Below are positions 33,359 through 38,985 of a stretch of DNA of 38,985 nucleotides, piece after piece. The position numbers and the translations under genes were made by a program. Under the pieces are notes generated by a model. It had not been told where the DNA came from, made no database searches, and saw only the letters and a list, made by a program, of their open reading frames with translations. Positions within the stretch are counted from its first letter, which is position 1; every line of letters starts with the position of its first letter. The stretch comes from an uncultured Brachyspira sp. (GTDB lineage: Bacteria > Cyanobacteriota > Vampirovibrionia > Gastranaerophilales > Gastranaerophilaceae), in the NCBI GenBank assembly GCA_900321895.1, contig ONYB01000074.1:1-38985 (forward strand). The letters run 5' to 3'.

Positions 33359-34519
33359 ATGAAAAAGATATTTTTAACTATTATTACTGCACTTTTGATG
33401 TGTAATCAGGCATTCGCCACAGAACAGGTCAGCTTTGTTTATATTAACGGCTCTAACAACAACGACGTCAAGATGAAGAACTGGTTTGAAAAAGGGGTCA
33501 AAAAACTTCATCCCGTTATGAAAAAGAATTTTGAAAAGTATGCGTACACAGACTTTTTGAAAAATGGGGAAGTCACTATTAATAACGAGCCGTCAATGTT
33601 CTTTTGGGGTGACAAAAGCCGTAGAGATTTAAGTTTTGTAGAACAACAACTCGATTTGTCAAAGGCGTTCAGCCCTACTATCGCTTACAAAGTTCGCTCA
33701 ATGTTGGCAGCGTTTTTGCACGACGCAATTTGGGTTCAGAAAAACCACCACATGTTGACGGTTATTGATGAACTGAACGAGCAGGTTAAAGCCGAAAACG
33801 CCCGTGGTAACAAGGTTGTTTTGTTCGGATATTCTGCCGGAAGTTTTATTACTTACGAATATCTGTTCAACAAAGCTCCGTATTTGGATTTTGCAGAATT
33901 GACAAATGTGTTGAACTTGACGGACGATATTCGAGCTTATGTAAAAGAAAATCCTGTCAAAAACACCTGCATTTCTGCACTTTCTGACGCCAAAATCGGC
34001 GGTGTTTCAAGTGCAGGACACCTCGTTTTTGACCAAAGCACTTTCAAGGAAAAATACAAAAACCTCGACAGCTCAACAGAAAAAGTCTGCATGCCTGACG
34101 GTGCGATTAAGGGTATCGTAAATTTTGCAAGTCCGCTTGTACTCTTTTATTCGGACATTGCAGACCCCGAATACGAATTGACTTATTACAACAGATATAT
34201 GCTGAAATACATGCTGGAAAAAGACGTGTTTATGCTCACGGTCAACTTCAAAGAAGACCCGATGGGATATCCGACAACCAAAAACCTTTCAATCGACGAA
34301 ATCAGCAAAAAAGCAAATATCAAAATTGAAAACCCAACAGGCTTTGTGTTTGACAATTCTGACATTTGGAGCAAGCGAACTTTTCTTGTCGCACACACTT
34401 CATACTGGTCAGCACGAAAAACTTTTGCAAAAGCTGTTGCAAAGTCATACGTAGAAGGTCACAAATATTTTTATAACGAAGAAAACAAATCGCAAGAAAA
34501 AACAGATAAAAAATTGTAA
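33359..34519 (+). CDS. Secreted alpha/beta-hydrolase-like protein (putative esterase/lipase), family unknown
   Basis: Signal peptide MKKIFLTIITALLMCNQAFA. The only catalytic cue is a nucleophile elbow GYSAGS (GxSxG) after a beta-strand (KVVLF). Confidence 0.6.
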   Translation: MKKIFLTIITALLMCNQAFATEQVSFVYINGSNNNDVKMKNWFEKGVKKLHPVMKKNFEKYAYTDFLKNGEVTINNEPSMFFWGDKSRRDLSFVEQQLDLSKAFSPTIAYKVRSMLAAFLHDAIWVQKNHHMLTVIDELNEQVKAENARGNKVVLFGYSAGSFITYEYLFNKAPYLDFAELTNVLNLTDDIRAYVKENPVKNTCISALSDAKIGGVSSAGHLVFDQSTFKEKYKNLDSSTEKVCMPDGAIKGIVNFASPLVLFYSDIADPEYELTYYNRYMLKYMLEKDVFMLTVNFKEDPMGYPTTKNLSIDEISKKANIKIENPTGFVFDNSDIWSKRTFLVAHTSYWSARKTFAKAVAKSYVEGHKYFYNEENKSQEKTDKKL

Positions 34520-34532
34520 AAGGAGAATAACT

Positions 34533-35117
34533 ATGGAATTTGGAAACGGTGTTCAATTTGATCCGGGGTTTGCCGCTCACATTTCGGCAATCGTTCCGAA
34601 CATTGAATATATTTACGGAAACATCAACAGATACAAAAACTTTGGTCAGAAAAAACAGTTTTTCAAAATGCACTATACAAACATTGAAAAATTGCTCAAC
34701 AACTACATTGCGTTTTATCTCGGCTGTATGCTTTGGGCAGACGCTATCAAAACTTTGCCTGACAAAACTATTTTGAACAACTTCTGTTGCGGTAGTGAAT
34801 ACAACGAGGACGAAACTCTCTACGAAGTAATTTTCACAACCGAATACGCAAAACAATTTGCAAAAGATATGAAATATTATGCGGGGAAAGATTACAAGGT
34901 TGACGATTACAAATTCGACATTCTTAACGCTTATAAAGAATTTTTGAAAGCAAACGAAGGGTTTACAAAACTCAAAAAGACTGACGACATCAAACTTCCT
35001 GACTGCTTAAAGGTTTTGTCGGATGCAGAGGCTCAAACAGTTATTGAAAAAATAGAAAAAGTTTTGGAAAAAGAAGATTTGACAGACCTTTACGAACTCA
35101 AAGACATGATTTTGTAG
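34533..35117 (+). CDS. Hypothetical protein (194 aa)
   Basis: An AAGGAG SD lies 13 nt after the upstream stop. There is no signal peptide and no recognisable motif. The C-terminus is an acidic helix. Confidence 0.55.
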   Translation: MEFGNGVQFDPGFAAHISAIVPNIEYIYGNINRYKNFGQKKQFFKMHYTNIEKLLNNYIAFYLGCMLWADAIKTLPDKTILNNFCCGSEYNEDETLYEVIFTTEYAKQFAKDMKYYAGKDYKVDDYKFDILNAYKEFLKANEGFTKLKKTDDIKLPDCLKVLSDAEAQTVIEKIEKVLEKEDLTDLYELKDMIL

Positions 35118-35125
35118 GAGCAACA

Positions 35126-36100
35126 ATGGATATAAGAGAAAAATTATATCAGATGTTTATTCTCGGACTTGACGGGAACGGCTACAAAGAGGCTCTGACA
35201 AAAGGTTTGGGTGGAATAATCTTTTTTACAAAAGATATCCAAACACCAGAACAATTCAAAAATCTTTGTGCCGAAATCACGTCGCAAAGCAAAATCACAC
35301 CGTTTCTTTCTATTGACCAAGAAGGCGGAAGAGTCGAACGTACCGAGAATATTCACGGTGGCAAAAAATATTTGAGTGCTAAATTTGCCTTTGAAAAAGG
35401 GGAAGAATTTTTGAGAAACCAGACAGACGAAATCGCAAAAGAACTCAAAAGTTATGGCATAAATATGAATTTTGCACCTTGCATTGATGTCAACACAAAC
35501 CCTAACAACCCAATTATCGGCGAACGAGCTTTTTCCAATAAGCCCGAAGAGGTGATTTTTGGGCAAAAAATTGTTTCTACAACGTATCGCAACAACGGAA
35601 TTATTCCATGCGTCAAACATTTTCCGGGGCACGGGGACGCAAATGCAGACAGCCATTTGACTTTGCCACAAATAAATCTTACGCTGAAAGAAATGGAGCA
35701 AACTCACATAAAACCGTTCGCCGACGCCGTAAAAGACGGAATTGAAATGGTTATGGTGGCACACCTACATTGCACCTGCTTTGAGAAGGAGGAAATCCCA
35801 ACATCCTTAAGTAAAAATGCCATAAATTATTTGAGAAACTCGCTAAACTTTAACGGAGTCGCAATCTCTGATGACATGATTATGAAAGGAGTTGCAAAAT
35901 TCGGAGCAAAAACTGCCTGCGAAATGGGTATTCGAGCAGGACTGAACATGTTTATCTACAGGAACTCGTTGCCTGAAACCATTGATATAATTGAATTTCT
36001 TGTTCAAAAAGCTCAAGGTGACAGAGAACTTTTCGCAAATATCGAAACTTCTTTTGAAAAAATAATTGAACTCAAAAAGAAATTCGGATTATTAAAATAA
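35126..36100 (+). CDS. nagZ: Beta-N-acetylhexosaminidase (GH3, NagZ-like)
   Basis: Contains the SIDQEGGRV, KHFPGHGD and ISDDM motifs in the order typical of GH3 NagZ. An AGGAG SD lies upstream. Confidence 0.85.
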   Translation: MDIREKLYQMFILGLDGNGYKEALTKGLGGIIFFTKDIQTPEQFKNLCAEITSQSKITPFLSIDQEGGRVERTENIHGGKKYLSAKFAFEKGEEFLRNQTDEIAKELKSYGINMNFAPCIDVNTNPNNPIIGERAFSNKPEEVIFGQKIVSTTYRNNGIIPCVKHFPGHGDANADSHLTLPQINLTLKEMEQTHIKPFADAVKDGIEMVMVAHLHCTCFEKEEIPTSLSKNAINYLRNSLNFNGVAISDDMIMKGVAKFGAKTACEMGIRAGLNMFIYRNSLPETIDIIEFLVQKAQGDRELFANIETSFEKIIELKKKFGLLK

Positions 36101-36140
36101 TCAACTTACTAAATTTTTAATCAAAAAATTTCCATATCAA

Positions 36141-36167
36141 AAAGACCGCCTAAGTGACGGTCTTTTT
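36141..36167. terminator. Bidirectional intrinsic terminator between convergent genes
   Basis: Stem aaagaccg / cggtcttt with loop cctaagtga, flanked by A-rich sequence on one side and T-rich on the other. Confidence 0.8.
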
Positions 36168-36196
36168 AATTATAACATTTTGGCTTAACTTTTAAA

Positions 36197-37054
36197 TTAG
36201 AATGTAGCAGCAGGTTTTTTCTGAACTGTAGCACCAGGGATTGATTGCCAGTTAGCTGCCATAATTTTCTTAAATGATTTCAAAGCTGTGTCTTCAAGTT
36301 CACCGAGTTCTTCAGCTTCCATAATCAATTCTCTCAACGGAAGCAAAGCACGTTGGTCACGAAGTACGCCCAATGCTGCTGCAGCACCCGCTCTAACAAG
36401 TTCATTTTCGTTACGGTTTTTCATAACGTCAATCAACGCAGGAACAGCTTTTGTATCATTCAATTTGCCGAGTGAAGTAACCGCATAAATTCTAACGTTT
36501 ACCCATTCGTCATACAACATATTAATAACTTTATCAACAGCTTTTTTGTTACCGATTTCACCCAAAGCTCTCGTTGCGTCGCAACGAACATTAACTTTTT
36601 CGTGGTCAAGAGATTCAATCAAAGCATCAGTTGCAACATCACCGATTTCAATCAAAGCGTCAGTTGCAGTGATACAAACTTGAGGGTTTTCATCATTCAA
36701 AGCCTCTACAAGAGGTTCAACAACGATTGCACCGCCCAAACGTCCGAGAGCACGAGCTGCACGAACTCTAACGTCAACGTTTCTGTCTTCTCTCAAAGAT
36801 TCAATAAGGTGAGTAGTTGCTTTTGAATCACCGAGTTCACCCAACGCACGAGCTGCGTAAAGTCTTACAGAACCGTTTTTGTCGTGTTTCAAAACATCAA
36901 TCAATGGTTCAACAGCTTTAGAGTCACCCATTTCACCAAGAACACGGGCTGCGTTATATCTAACCTTTTCAGAATTACTTGTTTTCAAATCTGTCAATAA
37001 TTCTTCAAATGATTTTTTAACCTGTTTTTTCTTACCATTTACACTAATTGTCAT
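36197..37054 (-). CDS. HEAT-repeat protein (PBS-lyase HEAT-like repeats)
   Basis: About eight ~31-aa units of the form VR..AA.ALG..GD..AV.PLI..L.D. A GGAGG SD lies upstream. Confidence 0.85.
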   Translation of the reverse strand: MTISVNGKKKQVKKSFEELLTDLKTSNSEKVRYNAARVLGEMGDSKAVEPLIDVLKHDKNGSVRLYAARALGELGDSKATTHLIESLREDRNVDVRVRAARALGRLGGAIVVEPLVEALNDENPQVCITATDALIEIGDVATDALIESLDHEKVNVRCDATRALGEIGNKKAVDKVINMLYDEWVNVRIYAVTSLGKLNDTKAVPALIDVMKNRNENELVRAGAAAALGVLRDQRALLPLRELIMEAEELGELEDTALKSFKKIMAANWQSIPGATVQKKPAATF

Positions 37055-37413
37055 TAATTTTCCTCCGACACTACTTTATATTTTACACCTACGTATTTAT
37101 AAAAACATTTGTGAAAATATAATTGCCTTTTTTACCTTCTTTTTATTAAAATTTGTAACATACATCTTTTACCGGAATTGTCCTAGTGTTTGTGATGTCT
37201 GCTGACTGCAACCGTTTCGGGGTATTTTGGTGAAACCTTTTTGCAATCGATTAAGGGTAACACGAACACTTTATACATGTATAGTAACATATTTTTTATT
37301 TTTTGTGTGTAATTTGTTTTAAAAATTCAAAAAATCATCTGTTTGTTTTTTTAAACAAATCTATCTTTCACTATTAGCAACATGATTTTTGTAACATTTT
37401 TTCACATTTCCTA

Positions 37414-38985
37414 CTACCCGTGGATAGTAATAATAAACTCGCTACCATGACCTAATGCACTGTTTACGATAATTTTGCCGTTATGTTTTTCAATAATCTT
37501 TGCAGAAATCGCCAAGCCAAGCCCCGTGCCCACTCCGACACCTTTCGTCGTATAGCCTGCCGTGAAAATTTTTGAAATTTCGTCCTGCGGAATTCCTTTA
37601 CCCGTGTCTTTTATGCTCACAGTCAAGGTTTCCGCCTCATAAGAAGTCGAAATTGTAATCCTTCCGTTTCCCTCAATAGCTTGACAAGCATTCACAAGAA
37701 TATTTGTGAAAACCTGATTGAGCATATTCGGGTAACACTTGATGAGAGGCAACTTTCCGTAGTTTTTCACCACTTCTATACGGTTTTTGGTTTCGTGCCT
37801 GATGAGCTCAAGCGTCAAATCCAATTCTTTATTAATATCAGCCTCTTGCAACTCTGCCTCATCCAACCTTACAAACTTTTTCAGAGAAACTACAATATTA
37901 CTAATCCTCTGCACCGCCTCACGGTCGATTTGGTTGATTTCCTGCATCAGGCTTGCGATTTCCTCGTCTTTAATTTGCGGAATAAGTTTTGCCAAAATGC
38001 CGTTATTCGACTTAATCGACGCAACAGGGGTATTAATCTCGTGAGCAACCCCCGCCACAAGTTGACCGAGCGACGCCATTTTTTCGGAATTTATAAGTTG
38101 CAACTGCGTTTCCTTCAACTCTTTCAGGGTATGTTTAAGCTCCTTAACCGTTCTGATGTTTTTCTGATAAAGTTCCGCCCTAATAATTGCGTTGCCGAGC
38201 TGAAACGAAATCGCCTCCAAAATTTCCAACTCTTCGGACAATTCACGCTTTTGATAACTAAGCAAAACCACGACTCCGATTAACTTTTGGAGGTGAAAAA
38301 CAGGGACAACCACCCTCATCACCGATTGTTTAAAAGGTTCTGCCCCGACAAACTCTCTCATGCACGGCATGGTCGAAATTTTGTTTTGGCGAATAGTGTC
38401 AAAAGTTTCACTGTCAAAGGTTATCAGCATATCGTTTTCGGTTTTGTCCGAGCCGTAAATCTCAATAATTTTAAAATTCTTTTCACACTTTTCCGCATAA
38501 TAAGCCTTGAACGCACCAAACATCATACCAAGTTCCGTCAAAGTCGAATTAAGAATTTTTGAAATATCAACCGACTCTCTGACGAGGTTGGAAACCTTGT
38601 TTATGAGGGCAATCCGGATAGCTTGCGATTGGGCTATTTGTTTAATTTTTTGCAAATCCTCGTTTTCTTCCTCAAGTTTTGCACACTCATTTTTCAGTTC
38701 AAGGTTTTGTTTTTGAATCTTATGTAATTCCGCATTCGCACTCACGTCCGAAAAAAACATAATAGAATATTTGCCTTTTTTAATAACCGACAAATCATAA
38801 TAAAGTGTTTTTTCACGGTTAAACTGATACGAAACGGAGGCAAAAAAATCTTCTCTGCAAGTCAGTGCATGGTAGATAGGAGAATAGTTTTCGATATTTT
38901 CACTATTAAGCGGACAGATATCAAAATTTGAATTGTGCGAAAACTTTTTCAAATTAGAAAAATCAGGAAACCAACGCCTGAAGGT
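37414..38985 (-). CDS. Sensor histidine kinase with GAF-like domain (5' end not contained in window)
   Basis: Contains the H-box HEINTP, an N-box NILVNA and G-boxes DTGKGI / GTGLGL. The frame stays open from the TTG at 38952 to the window edge, so the true start is probably outside the window. Confidence 0.85.
   Translation of the reverse strand, partial: TFRRWFPDFSNLKKFSHNSNFDICPLNSENIENYSPIYHALTCREDFFASVSYQFNREKTLYYDLSVIKKGKYSIMFFSDVSANAELHKIQKQNLELKNECAKLEEENEDLQKIKQIAQSQAIRIALINKVSNLVRESVDISKILNSTLTELGMMFGAFKAYYAEKCEKNFKIIEIYGSDKTENDMLITFDSETFDTIRQNKISTMPCMREFVGAEPFKQSVMRVVVPVFHLQKLIGVVVLLSYQKRELSEELEILEAISFQLGNAIIRAELYQKNIRTVKELKHTLKELKETQLQLINSEKMASLGQLVAGVAHEINTPVASIKSNNGILAKLIPQIKDEEIASLMQEINQIDREAVQRISNIVVSLKKFVRLDEAELQEADINKELDLTLELIRHETKNRIEVVKNYGKLPLIKCYPNMLNQVFTNILVNACQAIEGNGRITISTSYEAETLTVSIKDTGKGIPQDEISKIFTAGYTTKGVGVGTGLGLAISAKIIEKHNGKIIVNSALGHGSEFIITIHG

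Noticed and set aside
34320-35764. Long antisense ORFs (178 aa at 34320-34856 and 206 aa at 35144-35764) opposite the hypothetical gene and nagZ
   Set aside because: They lie opposite genes with clear SDs or motifs (KHFPGHGD in nagZ). They are Phe/Cys/Lys-rich, as is typical of AT-rich antisense frames.
37426-37436. DnaA-box-like sequence cgtggatag (compare TGTGGATAA) near the AT-rich spacer, as a possible oriC
   Set aside because: It is a single imperfect box located inside the kinase coding end. There is no cluster of boxes and no dnaA or dnaN nearby.
37681-38562. Plus-strand ORFs (200 aa, 85 aa and 91 aa) inside the histidine kinase gene
   Set aside because: The minus-strand frame carries complete H, N and G boxes, so the plus-strand ORFs are shadows.

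Overview
This is an AT-rich chromosomal segment (roughly 35-40% GC by eye) with about 41 credible protein-coding genes, nearly all housekeeping. I saw no rRNA, tRNA, CRISPR array, transposase or integrase. The genes, in order:

- 4-2532: rplK-rplA, then a SpmA/SpmB-like membrane pair.
- 2529-7519: a small convergent ORF, a double zinc-ribbon protein, a phosphohexomutase, three small hypothetical proteins and a PTP-like phosphatase.
- 7526-11062: a tightly overlapping minus-strand operon, pyrH-frr-cdsA-rnc-rpe.
- 11285-12702: an orphan ribbon-helix-helix (RHH) gene and a regulator built from four tandem GntR-type wHTH domains.
- 12810-16327: a TPR / metallophosphoesterase / MBL-hydrolase / TPR cluster.
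- 16765-19144: ROK sugar kinase, uppS and rdgB.
- 19266-25055: a three-gene RND efflux operon (MFP, RND pump, TolC-like outer-membrane factor).
- 25144-28565: an 85-aa hypothetical, gatA, skp, and a HigB/HigA-like toxin-antitoxin pair.
- 28609-36100: mfd, a parvulin lipoprotein, a secreted alpha/beta-hydrolase-like protein with an unknown partner, and nagZ.
- 36197-38985: a HEAT-repeat protein and a GAF histidine kinase that runs off the window edge.

Skp, TolC and RND imply a diderm bacterium. The cyanobacteria-like L11/L1 sequences and PBS-lyase-type HEAT repeats in an AT-rich background suggest a Melainabacteria/Vampirovibrionia-like organism. That assignment is inference only.

The parts that gene annotation does not explain are:
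1. A family of highly self-complementary intergenic elements at three loci (about 5928-6076, 16487-20 and 25600-25790). They share a ~66-nt core and/or a 13-mer plus a recurring AGCG-N-AGCGAA motif. The third copy is bracketed by terminators and looks like an independent small-RNA gene.
2. A recurrent sigma70-type -10 box placed 6-7 nt upstream of the ATG with no Shine-Dalgarno, implying leaderless mRNAs, at five or more genes.
3. The 4x GntR-HTH protein.
4. Several unannotatable gene pairs.

I cannot show a clear-cut new multi-gene system from sequence alone. All family calls rest on motifs read by eye, with no database search.
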